A stretch of 64,000 nucleotides of DNA from contig JAKAPS010000001.1 in assembly GCA_021806925.1 (NCBI GenBank), positions 1,237-65,236 on the forward strand, in the 5' to 3' direction. The DNA comes from a bacterium (lineage in GTDB: Bacteria > Patescibacteriota > Dojkabacteria > JAKAPS01). The notes under the pieces are model-generated. The model was given only the letters and a program-made list of their open reading frames with translations. It made no database searches and was not told the DNA's origin. Below, piece after piece: positions 1 to 10,397 of the stretch. Each line of letters opens with the position of its first letter. Positions within the stretch are counted from its first letter, which is position 1. Both the position numbers and the translations under genes were made by a program.

Positions 1-1102
1 TTGTATGATTATTAAATATTATTTTACTTATTTCTATTTTTTCATCATTTTTTAATGAGTGAATAAATTTTAGTAATGACTGAACATCAAGCGCTGGATA
101 TATAACAAGAATATATTCCATAACTAATATTTCAGCCGCAGAATATTTCTTTGAAATAAGTTTGATATTTTGTTCTATATATTTCCCGTAATTATCAATT
201 TTTCTAACATACTTAAGAATATTTAACCTTTTATTTATATATTCTGATAATACGCTAATATTAGTCTTTACCGTCATATTAGATTCAGTATGGCGTATCA
301 AATCTGGTGCTTCTGGTAGGAATCCAAATTTTGAAATTACTTTGTCATCAGGAACAAAAAGTGACTCGAGCTGATCAGCTATATTTTTAAATGGTAATCC
401 ATTATGTGCATTCAATTCAGAAATTATTCTTGCCCATTCACGTGCAGATGTAATATATGCAAAAGAACCTTTAAACCCTGTTAATAAGAAATATCTAGCA
501 CAATCAAATACTCGTGAACGCAATGCAGATTGATCTTTCAAATCATCTTTTGGTTTGAAAAATTTAGTGAATTCATCAGTCAAGATTGATACATATTTAT
601 TATATGATTTTATAGATAAAGCCTCCAGCTCCCTGTATCTTATATTTGCCTCATCAAAATTTACATTATTCTTATCAATGAACAGTGACAAATCAGATAG
701 TGAGCTTCTATTAAAATCCTGGTATCTTGTTGAACGTGATTGACCTGCTCCTACTGATGTATTATAGAAGAAATAGAATTCAAAAAAAATTGGTATATTT
801 TCTATATATGCAAATAATAAAGCCATATCGCCAACTGATGCATGTCCATAGTTCTTGAATATATCAGCAAGTTTTGTTTGTGCATCCTTTTTAGCATTCT
901 TTATTTCCAATAAAAGTTGATTTATTGATTTGTCAGATCTTGAGTATCTTGCTCCAGCAAAAGCTATAATCGATGGATACTGGTGTTTCAGATATGCTAT
1001 TGTAGTTGATGTTGAATATCCTGTTACTGTGTCCATTACACTAAACAAATTAGTGCCTAATTCTCTCTTTTTATGTAATGAGTACTTAAAATCTTTGTTC
1101 AT
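1..1102 (-). CDS. ThyX-like (flavin-dependent thymidylate synthase family) protein, divergent. The N-terminus lies in the window and the C-terminus runs off the window start.
   Basis: Hand translation of the minus strand from the ATG (complement of 1100-1102) gives an open frame to position 1 (more than 365 aa) with an in-frame stop just upstream. It contains the ThyX-like motif YGHASVGDM (compare GHxSVxEH) followed by IPIFFEF and SRSTRY (compare the S-x-RY motif). The canonical RHR motif is replaced by FYNT. The gene is absent from the ORF track because no stop occurs inside the window. Confidence 0.4.
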   Translation of the reverse strand, partial: MNKDFKYSLHKKRELGTNLFSVMDTVTGYSTSTTIAYLKHQYPSIIAFAGARYSRSDKSINQLLLEIKNAKKDAQTKLADIFKNYGHASVGDMALLFAYIENIPIFFEFYFFYNTSVGAGQSRSTRYQDFNRSSLSDLSLFIDKNNVNFDEANIRYRELEALSIKSYNKYVSILTDEFTKFFKPKDDLKDQSALRSRVFDCARYFLLTGFKGSFAYITSAREWARIISELNAHNGLPFKNIADQLESLFVPDDKVISKFGFLPEAPDLIRHTESNMTVKTNISVLSEYINKRLNILKYVRKIDNYGKYIEQNIKLISKKYSAAEILVMEYILVIYPALDVQSLLKFIHSLKNDEKIEISKIIFNNHT

Positions 1103-1298
1103 AATATATAAATATATTAGTTTGTATTAATATATCACTTTCACATGCATGTATATATCTCTATTGAAAAATAGCAAAGTGGAAACAAGATATATGCTTC
1201 TTTGTAAAAATCACAAATGAAACAGACATGTTTTGTGCACTCTTATAACCTTTTAATGTTGTAATCACAATAAATCTAATGTAAAATCTTAAATAATT

Positions 1299-2417
1299 AT
1301 GGATACAACTAAACTTGAAGCAGTTACACAAGAAATAATTGGATTAGAGGAATTAAAAAAATATTTATCTGAGAACAAACATCTGCAGCACTATATTGGT
1401 TTTGAAATATCAGGTTTGGTACATCTTGGTACTGGATTAACTACAGGTATAGTTATAAGGGAATTACAAAAACTTGGAGTAAATGTATCATTTTATCTAG
1501 CAGATTGGCATACTTGGATAAATAATAAACTAGGAGGCGACATGATATTTATTGATAAAGTTTCAAGAGAATATTTTGAACCAGCTCTTAAAATATCAGC
1601 AAGAATTGCAGGAGCAGATGATACAAAAATTAAAGTAATTCGCGGAAGCGAATTGTATCATAATAATGATGATTACTGGAAAAGTGTTATAGATATATCA
1701 AAATCACTTACTCTATCACGAGTAACAAAGTCAACAACAATACTCGGAAGGGAAGATTCAGCATCAATGCCTTTCGCATTTCTTATGTATCCACCAATGC
1801 AGGTTGCAGATATATATGAAATGAAATGTGACATATGTCATGCAGGAACTGACCAAAGGAAAGTACATGTTATTGCAAGAGAAGTAGCAGAGAAATTGAA
1901 AATATCTCCATTAAAAGATGATGATGGAAAGAATAAAAAGCCGATTGCTATACATCAACCACTTTTACTTGGACTTCAAAAGCCAAAGACATGGCCTATA
2001 CCTAATGATATTGAAAAAGATGTAATAAGAACTGAGATGAAAATGAGTAAATCTATACCTGGAAGTTCAATTTTTGTTCACGATAGTGAGGCAGATATAA
2101 AGGAAAAAATAAATAAAGCATTCTGCCCAGAAGGAGAAGTAGAGATCAACCCAATTCTTGATTGGGCAAAACATATTATTTTCCCTATAGTTAGTCATAT
2201 CGTAATAAAAAGGGATGGAAAATACGGAGGTGATATAGAATTACATTCGTATGAAGAACTAGAAGAAATATATAAATCTGGCGGTCTATTCTCTCTAGAT
2301 CTTAAAAATGCTATCGCAGATATTTTGATTGATATATTAACACCTGCAAGGGAAGCATTTTCAAGTAAAGAAAAGCAATCACTAATAGAATCAATTAAAA
2401 ACAATCAAACAAGATAG
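1299..2417 (+). CDS. tyrS: Tyrosyl-tRNA synthetase, archaeal/eukaryal type (class Ic aaRS)
   Basis: YIGFEISGLVHLGTG (HIGH-region equivalent), YPPMQVADI, KMSKS motif, KAFCPEGEVEINPI, and a C-terminal GGDIELHSYEELEEIY...LDLKNAIADILIDIL that matches archaeal TyrRS closely along its length. Confidence 0.85.
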   Translation: MDTTKLEAVTQEIIGLEELKKYLSENKHLQHYIGFEISGLVHLGTGLTTGIVIRELQKLGVNVSFYLADWHTWINNKLGGDMIFIDKVSREYFEPALKISARIAGADDTKIKVIRGSELYHNNDDYWKSVIDISKSLTLSRVTKSTTILGREDSASMPFAFLMYPPMQVADIYEMKCDICHAGTDQRKVHVIAREVAEKLKISPLKDDDGKNKKPIAIHQPLLLGLQKPKTWPIPNDIEKDVIRTEMKMSKSIPGSSIFVHDSEADIKEKINKAFCPEGEVEINPILDWAKHIIFPIVSHIVIKRDGKYGGDIELHSYEELEEIYKSGGLFSLDLKNAIADILIDILTPAREAFSSKEKQSLIESIKNNQTR

Positions 2418-2426
2418 TTTTATACA

Positions 2427-3101
2427 CTAATTTTTTGGATTTTCTATAATTATACCTTTCTCTGCAAAGAACTTCATAAAGTCATTTATTGAAATTTCCG
2501 CATACTTTTGATTTTTGTTATAGTAACCAGTCGAATCGTGTATATATAATACACCACATTCGTCATTACTCAATGATTTATCTAAATCATATCCTGTTAT
2601 TAACACCAAGTGACCACCACGCGTTGGAGGAATTAATCTTGGATCTCTTATAAGTGGACTAACAGATGCTATAACAAAGTTCTTACGAGAAACTTCTTGT
2701 AATATTTGTTCAAGTGTTAGTGAATTAGCAACTCTTCCATTTAAATTGAAATCACCTTTTAAATAGTCAACAAATGGTTGATAAAACATACCTTCAATAT
2801 CATCACTAGTTGGTATATATCCACCATATTCTGTACAACGTTTTGCAAGAGTCATAATTGGAAACGTAATACATTTAGTATATTGTAATATGCTTCTTAA
2901 GCAAGACATTCCACAAGTGTTTCTACTCCATAATTTATATTCTTCAGGATCTATGGTTCCGTAATCCTTCCAGTTAGGATCAAGCATACCATTTCTATCT
3001 TCAGTTTTTAGTATTACGTCAACAAACTCAGGAGAAGGCCACTGAGAATTGTATGGCATACTATATAAAATATAAGACCTTGGAATGATATCTGATAACA
3101 T
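2427..3101 (-). CDS. Papain-like (peptidase C39-like) cysteine peptidase domain protein
   Basis: Candidate catalytic Cys in NTCGMSCL and His in GGHLVLITGYD, with spacing and context like the Peptidase_C39_2 / BtrH family. Confidence 0.4.
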   Translation of the reverse strand: MLSDIIPRSYILYSMPYNSQWPSPEFVDVILKTEDRNGMLDPNWKDYGTIDPEEYKLWSRNTCGMSCLRSILQYTKCITFPIMTLAKRCTEYGGYIPTSDDIEGMFYQPFVDYLKGDFNLNGRVANSLTLEQILQEVSRKNFVIASVSPLIRDPRLIPPTRGGHLVLITGYDLDKSLSNDECGVLYIHDSTGYYNKNQKYAEISINDFMKFFAEKGIIIENPKN

Positions 3102-3384
3102 ATCAAAATATTAACTTCATTATATCTCAAATACCTAAAAATAAGTATGTATGTCATGAGAATTGTCTTAACAATCGATACCACCTTAACAAAAAACACT
3201 CGAATTCCACAATCATCGATTTTGGTTCCGCCAATACAGAGAGAAACATTTTTTATGAAATTATGGTTTGTTAGATTCAGATATAACTATTTTACTGTTG
3301 TTAAAATAAGTTTTTTAAAATCAGCAAATATTATAAACTCAATGAAATTTTTAATATAAAATTAAAAAATTGAAATTAAAATGA

Positions 3385-3413
3385 TTGCAAAAAATATTGT
3401 TGCATTTTTGCAA
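3385..3413. promoter_or_regulatory. Perfect 9-bp inverted repeat (TTGCAAAAA-N11-TTTTTGCAA) inside an 830-bp ORF-free region
   Basis: Read directly from the sequence. Candidate operator or RNA hairpin, function unknown. Confidence 0.25.
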
Positions 3414-3933
3414 GTCACATATAGATTATGTACGTGTAAATAAATCATATTCATAATAAACAATACTGTCTTTAACTCTACCATTACTCAAAATAACAAT
3501 ATAAGATCTATAAAGTGCAGGTATTCGTTCTAATTATTACTAATATATACTCAACCATCAATGTATTCTTAATGCAATCTGCAGGCGCTGAGTGAGTTAT
3601 TGTAAATGCTATACATACATCAACTGTATTCCAACAAGTTGTATCTTCAATAATGTACACTATAGACGATGTTTTTCCATATATAACATCATTTGATGTA
3701 ACTGTTACAGAAATACGCTTCTCTAAATTATAACATTCAACTATTTTTTTTATTGTATCCTAGCATATACTCTTATAGAATCTCTCTATATTACTATCCC
3801 CCCTTACTTTGTCTACAAATCTCAGATCTCCATTTCTAATAAACATACTAGTCAGGTTGTTCCTCCTAAACTCACATCATGTTTTTATTCAACAAAAATC
3901 GATTCATTAAGTGTATAATCAATTAATATAACT

Positions 3934-4956
3934 ATGGATGCTAACTTATTCGATTTTAATCTACCTGAAGAATTAATAGCTCAGAGAAGAGCAATACCTT
4001 TTGACTCATCAAAACTGCTTATTATAGACAGAAAAGATAATTACTCTTTAAAGCACTATATATTCAGAGATATTATAGACTTTCTTGATGAAAATACAGT
4101 TTTAGTTTTTAATAACACAATGGTTTTTAGAGCAAGACTATTTGTACAAAAAAGAACTGGTGCAAAGGTAGAAATACTGTTTCTGGAAAACCCTAATGAT
4201 TTAAATAGGAATAAATTTAAGGCATTAATTAGAGGGAAAATACATCTTGGGGAAAGTATAAAAATTGATGAAGTGTGCAATATAGAGGTAAAAGAAAAAA
4301 ATGATTACGTATATACAATTGAAATAATTGGTGACAGAGCAGGTATATATAACAAACTACAATACCCAACTCCTCCATATATTCATGGTGATATAACAGA
4401 TGAATATAACACTGTATATGCATCAGCAAAGAGTACTAATAGTGTCGCAGCGCCTACTGCTGGATTTCATTTTACAGATGAATTGCTAGAAAGACTAAGA
4501 AAAAAGAAAGTTATATTTGAAAATATTACTTTAAATATAGGGTTAGGGACATTCTTACCCGTAAAAACTACAAATATATTTGACCATGATATGCATTATG
4601 AAGAATACTTTATTGATAAAGATGTATTGATAAGATTGAATAAATATAAAGAAGAAGGTAAGAAGATAATCGCAGTCGGTACTACTACAACTAGAACACT
4701 TGAAGATAGTTCATTTGGAAGCAAGGGGAAATTAAAAAAAGAATATAATAATACAAATATATTTATATTCCCAGGCTTCAAATTTAATTTTGTTGATGGG
4801 CTAATAACTAATTTTCATCTTCCTAAATCAACATTAATAATGCTTGTGTCAGCATTTATTGGAGACACAAATAAAACGCTAGAAATATATAGAACTGCAA
4901 TAGAAGAAAAATACAGATTTTACTCTTTTGGAGATGCGATGTTTATTCTTCCTTGA
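3934..4956 (+). CDS. queA: S-adenosylmethionine:tRNA ribosyltransferase-isomerase
   Basis: N-terminal FDFNLPEELIAQRR, which is diagnostic of QueA. The 340-aa length is typical, and the gene marks the organism as bacterial. Confidence 0.9.
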   Translation: MDANLFDFNLPEELIAQRRAIPFDSSKLLIIDRKDNYSLKHYIFRDIIDFLDENTVLVFNNTMVFRARLFVQKRTGAKVEILFLENPNDLNRNKFKALIRGKIHLGESIKIDEVCNIEVKEKNDYVYTIEIIGDRAGIYNKLQYPTPPYIHGDITDEYNTVYASAKSTNSVAAPTAGFHFTDELLERLRKKKVIFENITLNIGLGTFLPVKTTNIFDHDMHYEEYFIDKDVLIRLNKYKEEGKKIIAVGTTTTRTLEDSSFGSKGKLKKEYNNTNIFIFPGFKFNFVDGLITNFHLPKSTLIMLVSAFIGDTNKTLEIYRTAIEEKYRFYSFGDAMFILP

Positions 4957-6115
4957 AGAATGCCTTCTCTAAATTTTTAACATAGTTTTTTACAAGAAAA
5001 TGATTTTTTGCGTAAAGAATTGCACTAGTTGATCTATCTGCAATCTCTTTTTTACCCATATTCAATAATGTAATTAATGATTTATTTATGCCTTTTTCAC
5101 TCAAATCGAAATACACACATATCTTTTTAAAATTCTTACTTCTGAAATTATTGATTGAACTTACTAATGCAATTAAACCAAGAGATAGTGCTTCCTTCAA
5201 AACAAGCGGTGAAGTTGAACTCTCATACCTTGATGGAATTATAACAGCATTCATTTTAGAAAGACTTTCAGGAAGTTCAAAGTGATTAACAAAGTGCATG
5301 TTTTTTATATTCCCATATTTCCTTTCAAGAAGATTGACATTTTCTTCATACTCACCTTCTCCAAAGAAGAAAAATTTAATTCTATTATAGTAATTCTTGT
5401 TATATTTATTAATAGCTGAAACTAGAATATCAATACCCTTCTGGTATGAATATCTTCCAACAAAAGCGACCTTGAATATATTTGTTGACTTCCTAGTTGT
5501 ATCTACTCGCAAAAATCTTTGATCAACCGGTGATTGAATTAATTTGCTCTTTTTAACAAGCATTTTTGTATCTCTATTGAATACATGGTATTTTGTAGAT
5601 ACAAGAAAAAGTAGTATTTTAAAAAATATAGAAAGATATGATACATACATTAGGTTATGAATTACAGACCTTACTATTAATTTCCCCTCGCTATCCCTTA
5701 GATTGTTATATCTTAAAGGAGTGTGAAATTGTACTATTATCTTTCTCCTCAGATGCGGAATAAAAGGTAGGAATAAGAAAAACGGAATAAGAGACGGCAT
5801 ATCGCTTCTGGTAAAGATATATGATGCTTTCTTTGACAAATGAAATAGTTCAATTAATGAGACTTTCTCATATTTACTTTTCTTTATTAACCCCTCTTCC
5901 ATTTGTTTGTTGGATAGTTTTATAGAGTCATCATAAAAAAGCTTATTGAAAATTCTTATATTTTTCTTGAATGATAAAATATGTACCTTGTAATTCTTTT
6001 TATTAGAAAATTCCTCTGCAGTTATAATATTCAATATTTCCGCTCCAGCTTGGATCTCATGTGGAAGTGAAGAGAAAAAAAGTATTGTTCTACCTGTAGA
6101 TTTTTTTACCTTCAT
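4943..6115 (-). CDS. Glycosyltransferase, GT-B fold (GT4-like family 1)
   Basis: C-terminal FFGEGEYEE...IIPSRYESSTSPLVLKEALSLGLIALVS resembles the GT4 nucleotide-sugar binding region. Confidence 0.7.
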   Translation of the reverse strand: MKVKKSTGRTILFFSSLPHEIQAGAEILNIITAEEFSNKKNYKVHILSFKKNIRIFNKLFYDDSIKLSNKQMEEGLIKKSKYEKVSLIELFHLSKKASYIFTRSDMPSLIPFFLFLPFIPHLRRKIIVQFHTPLRYNNLRDSEGKLIVRSVIHNLMYVSYLSIFFKILLFLVSTKYHVFNRDTKMLVKKSKLIQSPVDQRFLRVDTTRKSTNIFKVAFVGRYSYQKGIDILVSAINKYNKNYYNRIKFFFFGEGEYEENVNLLERKYGNIKNMHFVNHFELPESLSKMNAVIIPSRYESSTSPLVLKEALSLGLIALVSSINNFRSKNFKKICVYFDLSEKGINKSLITLLNMGKKEIADRSTSAILYAKNHFLVKNYVKNLEKAFFKEE

Positions 6116-6149
6116 ATTATGTATGCTGATTTGTAGTATACTCTAACAA

Positions 6150-7421
6150 GTGAGAATAGTCTATATACAAAACGGTTATTTCCCTTATGAAATGAAGGGG
6201 AGTGAAGTATTAAATAGTATATATACAGATGAAGTTATTAAAAATAATGAAGTATATTGTATTGCATCAAATCTTGTAAAACCAATAGGAAAGTTTATAC
6301 CTTTCATTGGAAGGACAAAGGAAATTTATGAAAAAGTAGATGGAGTTAATGTAATTAGATTAGATTTTTTCTTTTTACCATATGTGTTTTCTCAAATAAT
6401 ATCAAAAATACCAGATGTTCCATATATGCCGTTATTGAAAAAGATAAAGAATAAGGTATTCATTTATTCACAAGGGTTCAAATACATTGGACTTGAAAAG
6501 ACATTAAGAAGAATAAATCCAGACATTGTACACACTACACCCTTGTCATGTATATATTCATACCAAGCTCTTGATGTTGTAAATAGAATAAATAGTGAAA
6601 GAAATAAATGTAATAAAGAAAATAATTCAGAGAAGAAAATAAAGATAGTATTAACTACTGCATTTCATAGTAACATTCTAAAATCATTTGATGAGGAGTA
6701 CATAAAAAAAAGATTAAAAGAGTTTTCGTTAATAATTACATCCACTCTTGCAGAAAAAGAAAAGTTAGCAAAATACTTTGATGTTGATGCTACTGTATAT
6801 ATGCCTGATATTTTAAAAAAGCATGATATACAAAAATTTTATCAACTGCAAAATTCTTCTTATTCAGATAAGATAAAAAAATTGAAGGATGATGGAAATA
6901 AGATAATTCTGTTTTGTGGAACTAAATCCAATGATAAAGGTATATACCTAACAATAGAAGTATTAAAAAAACTCATTTTAAACAATGAGAATTACACACT
7001 TGTTGTTTGTGGAACAAATACATTAGCTTGGAACATATACAAATTTATTAAATTAAGAAAATATATAGTACAGAGTAACATTATAGATGTTAAATATATA
7101 TCCAGAGGAGAATTAAACAAAATATTTTCATTGTCTGATATTTTTTTTCTTCCTTCAAGGGTTGAGACATTAGGTTTTGTATATACTGAGGCAATGTATT
7201 TCAAATTACCAATTATTGCAGATAATTCTATTGAAGAATTAAAAGAAATATATGGAGATAACATATCCTATATTGATAACAACATAAATGATCCTAATAA
7301 CATTGAGCAAATTGCAAATGAATTTTCTACTGTATATTTACAAAAGACAACAAACATCAACAAAATACATAAAAGAGACAGTAAAAACAAATTAGATAAG
7401 ATATATAAATCAATTATCTAA
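6150..7421 (+). CDS. Glycosyltransferase, GT-B fold (family 1-like)
   Basis: ILFCGTKSNDKGIY...FFLPSRVETLGFVYTEAMYFKLPIIADN resembles the GT1/GT4 C-terminal domain. It is transcribed divergently from the neighbouring glycosyltransferase. Confidence 0.6.
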   Translation: MRIVYIQNGYFPYEMKGSEVLNSIYTDEVIKNNEVYCIASNLVKPIGKFIPFIGRTKEIYEKVDGVNVIRLDFFFLPYVFSQIISKIPDVPYMPLLKKIKNKVFIYSQGFKYIGLEKTLRRINPDIVHTTPLSCIYSYQALDVVNRINSERNKCNKENNSEKKIKIVLTTAFHSNILKSFDEEYIKKRLKEFSLIITSTLAEKEKLAKYFDVDATVYMPDILKKHDIQKFYQLQNSSYSDKIKKLKDDGNKIILFCGTKSNDKGIYLTIEVLKKLILNNENYTLVVCGTNTLAWNIYKFIKLRKYIVQSNIIDVKYISRGELNKIFSLSDIFFLPSRVETLGFVYTEAMYFKLPIIADNSIEELKEIYGDNISYIDNNINDPNNIEQIANEFSTVYLQKTTNINKIHKRDSKNKLDKIYKSII

Positions 7422-7932
7422 CAAGTCCTGCAGTTAGTAAGAATAACGCTATTGATCCTCCAAGTAATCCTACGTCACGAACTAAAAGTGCTCCAGTTCC
7501 TTCTTCATACGCAAATAGAATTGCAAATAAGAGAAAGCTTGCAAGCAGACTGCCAATATCAAGATACAATCCAGTCACAAGGAGTATACCTACAATAAAT
7601 TCAATTCCACACTGGAAATATCCCCATGGTTTAAAATTCCTTTTATTCTCCTCTAATCCCATTTTCTTTAACATCAGATTCAACATATTGTTGAAAATAT
7701 CAGGATTGAAGAAATTATCTATAGAATACCATAGAAATACAAATGAAAGACCAACCCTTAAAGGCAACATAGCATCAATGACAAATTGAGACGGTACAGA
7801 ATAACCAAATAGGTTATAGTCTGTAAGTACAATTCCGAAATTAGCAAGCAGGATGTTTACTATTAACCCTATTAATATTATACATATTATTAACAGGTTG
7901 ACTGTGTGTTGTGATAATTTTTTACCTTCCAT
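7414..7932 (-). CDS. Small polytopic membrane protein (DoxX-like?)
   Basis: Four predicted TM helices. Similarity to DoxX is weak. Confidence 0.3.
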   Translation of the reverse strand: MEGKKLSQHTVNLLIICIILIGLIVNILLANFGIVLTDYNLFGYSVPSQFVIDAMLPLRVGLSFVFLWYSIDNFFNPDIFNNMLNLMLKKMGLEENKRNFKPWGYFQCGIEFIVGILLVTGLYLDIGSLLASFLLFAILFAYEEGTGALLVRDVGLLGGSIALFLLTAGLVR

Positions 7933-7940
7933 ATATTTTA

Positions 7941-8687
7941 TTAATTAAATATTATATCGTGAATTTCTTTTGCCCTTGCAAGCGGGTTTGGATCCTGCCA
8001 TATGTTTCTTCCTACAGCTCCACCAGAACAACCTGCTGATATTGCACCTTCGAATTCCTCCTTCAAGGCATCATCATCATTAGTCTTGTTTCCACCAGCA
8101 ATACATACAGGCATTACACCTGAACATGCAACAACCCATTTCATGGAATCAACATCTCCAGTGTATTTTACTTTAACTATATCTGCACCTATTTCAAGAC
8201 CAACCCTTGCAGCGTATGCAGTAATATCTGAAGTTTCCTCTCCAACGGTTGAACCTCTTGGGTACATCCACCCTATTACAGGAATTCCAAGATCATGAGC
8301 CTCATAAATTATTCGTGAAAACTCTTTAAGCATCTTTGCTTCATTCTTACTACCAACATAAACTGTATATCCAACAGCTTTAGCTCTTAATCTTATAGCC
8401 TCCTCGACTGAAGTCAATTGTGGAGAATATGGATCTTCATTCAAGAAATGAGTTTTACCGTTTAACTTTATAATCAATGGCGTTTTGTATTCATCTGCTT
8501 TGTAGTATTTCTCCGCTATTCCTTTTTGCACAATTACACCTGTAAACAATCCTGATTTTGTTAAATCGAAAATGTATTTTGGATTAATATTTTCAAGATT
8601 AAAATCAACTGGACCATGCTCCATGCCTTGATCATATGCTAAAAAGAAAAACTTTTTATTTTTTGATATTTTTGATAAGTCAACCAT
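7941..8687 (-). CDS. Class I aldolase of the DhnA/FbaB (archaeal-type fructose-bisphosphate aldolase) family
   Basis: FLAYDQGMEHGP, GADIVKVKY (Schiff-base Lys region) and IAGGNKTNDDD...GAVGRNIWQ match the DeoC/DhnA TIM-barrel aldolase family. Confidence 0.7.
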   Translation of the reverse strand: MVDLSKISKNKKFFFLAYDQGMEHGPVDFNLENINPKYIFDLTKSGLFTGVIVQKGIAEKYYKADEYKTPLIIKLNGKTHFLNEDPYSPQLTSVEEAIRLRAKAVGYTVYVGSKNEAKMLKEFSRIIYEAHDLGIPVIGWMYPRGSTVGEETSDITAYAARVGLEIGADIVKVKYTGDVDSMKWVVACSGVMPVCIAGGNKTNDDDALKEEFEGAISAGCSGGAVGRNIWQDPNPLARAKEIHDIIFN

Positions 8688-8727
8688 ACATAAATACTAC
8701 ATCAAAAAAATATACAGTTGCAACACT

Positions 8728-9126
8728 TTAAAAAATCACTGCACATCTTTGAGGTAATATTTCACCTTCAATATATACTCTGTTTTCAAATATCTTAATT
8801 TTGTAAATATTTAATTTTGGTAAATTAACAGGTGCAATTTTTTTATTCAAATAACTTAGGTTAGTTATTGTTGGAGGTGTTTTTGTTTCTCCTGTATCTA
8901 TTGATAATACCGCTTTATGCCTGTTACACTGAATTGTGTTATTATTATAGTTCAGTGTTCCATTCAAAAGATCTCCGCCTAAATGCGGACAAATACTACT
9001 AACTACTTTTATATTTCCAGTCAGGTCTCTAAGAACTAATAACTTAACGTTATTAATAGTAAATTGCTTCAAATGTCCATTTTGAGGCAAATCACCAAAT
9101 TCGCATACATATGTTAAATTATCCAT
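8728..9126 (-). CDS. Rieske [2Fe-2S] domain protein
   Basis: CPH-(18 aa)-CNRH matches the Rieske CxH...CxxH ligand pattern. Confidence 0.6.
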   Translation of the reverse strand: MDNLTYVCEFGDLPQNGHLKQFTINNVKLLVLRDLTGNIKVVSSICPHLGGDLLNGTLNYNNNTIQCNRHKAVLSIDTGETKTPPTITNLSYLNKKIAPVNLPKLNIYKIKIFENRVYIEGEILPQRCAVIF

Positions 9127-9221
9127 TTATTAATTGCGTTATATATACATGATATGCTATTTATTTGTCAAATTCATTTTTTGCTTATATACTTGTTTCT
9201 GAAAATTAAATTAAATAATTC

Positions 9222-9668
9222 ATGAAAATATTTATAGGGACGGATCATGCAGGATACAATTTAAAAACAAAAATTGTTGAATATATAAATAAAAAATACG
9301 CAGATGCTTTATCTTTAACTGATTTATCCCCTATATTAAATGATGGTGATGATTACCCAGTAATCGCAAGAGATGTCTGCAATCATATTTTAAGTGAACA
9401 AGAAGATACTAGAGGGATACTAATATGCGATACAGGTATAGGCATGAGCATAGTAGCGAATAGATTTAAAGGTATTCGTGCATCATTATGCCAAAGTGTG
9501 TTTGAGGTTGTTAGAGCTAGAGAACACAACAATGCAAATGTTCTTTGTTTAGGAGAATATATTTTATCTGAAGGTAACGAGTATATGACTCTTGTTGATA
9601 TATTCATTAATACAGAGTTCTCACAGGAAGAACGACATATAAGACGGATAAATGAAATAGATAGTTGA
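9222..9668 (+). CDS. rpiB: Ribose-5-phosphate isomerase B
   Basis: MKIFIGTDHAGYNLK, the 148-aa length and RpiB/LacAB family features. Confidence 0.85.
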   Translation: MKIFIGTDHAGYNLKTKIVEYINKKYADALSLTDLSPILNDGDDYPVIARDVCNHILSEQEDTRGILICDTGIGMSIVANRFKGIRASLCQSVFEVVRAREHNNANVLCLGEYILSEGNEYMTLVDIFINTEFSQEERHIRRINEIDS

Positions 9669-9672
9669 ATAA

Positions 9673-10311
9673 ATGTACATATACCCATCAATTGATACTG
9701 ACGATAAAACGGTTTTTGATATTAGAGTACTTGAACTTATAGGGATTGCACCTATAATTCATGTTGATTTTTGTGATGGTAAATTCTTTGATTTTAAAAG
9801 CACTGACTTTGAATATATAAGAAGCTATTTTAATAAAGTGAATATTAAAATCCAGATTCATTTTATGGCATATAAACCCTCTCAGTTTATATTATTAAAA
9901 GAAATGAATATAGAAAGTATAGTTATTCATTATGAATCGCTTATTGATATAAAAAAGGAGTTAGAAATACTAAGATCTTACCCATTTAATTTTAAAGTAG
10001 GGATTGCATTCAATAATATAGATAATATGAGAAGAATTGATAAGAAGTACTATGATTTTATTCATATTCTTTCTACAAGCACACCAGGAATCAGTGGTGG
10101 TAAAGTAAGAGATGATTTAGAATTAATAGTTGAAAAAATAATATCAAATGGAGTAAAGGATATTGAAATTGATGGAGGACTGTCAATTGAAACAATTGAA
10201 AAAATAAAAGATAAATATGGTATTGAGAAATATGTATTAGGTCATGAAATATGGAACTCACAATATCCAGTAAATAAATTCATCGCTATAAAGGATATGT
10301 TTAAATTTTAA
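9673..10311 (+). CDS. rpe: Ribulose-phosphate 3-epimerase
   Basis: IHVDFCDGKF, IQIHFMAYKP, STSTPGISGGK and IEIDGGL align with the conserved Rpe motifs in order. The gene is adjacent to rpiB. Confidence 0.7.
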   Translation: MYIYPSIDTDDKTVFDIRVLELIGIAPIIHVDFCDGKFFDFKSTDFEYIRSYFNKVNIKIQIHFMAYKPSQFILLKEMNIESIVIHYESLIDIKKELEILRSYPFNFKVGIAFNNIDNMRRIDKKYYDFIHILSTSTPGISGGKVRDDLELIVEKIISNGVKDIEIDGGLSIETIEKIKDKYGIEKYVLGHEIWNSQYPVNKFIAIKDMFKF

Positions 10312-10397
10312 TATTCCTGCATTCAAAAACCATAAGTGACAATAAAAATTAAATTGATAACGCTAATCTATTTTGTTATACTAACGTAAGCTTAATT

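Noticed and set aside
555-1130. Plus-strand ORFs 555-743 and 930-1130
   Set aside because: They lie entirely inside the long minus-strand ThyX-like reading frame and show no motifs, so they are most likely spurious.
2195-2404. Antisense ORFs embedded in large genes (e.g. 2195-2404, 8002-8298, 13362-13856, 22934-23221, 53263-53781)
   Set aside because: They are fully contained within well-supported genes on the opposite strand, and the translations are low-complexity. They are typical AT-rich shadow ORFs.
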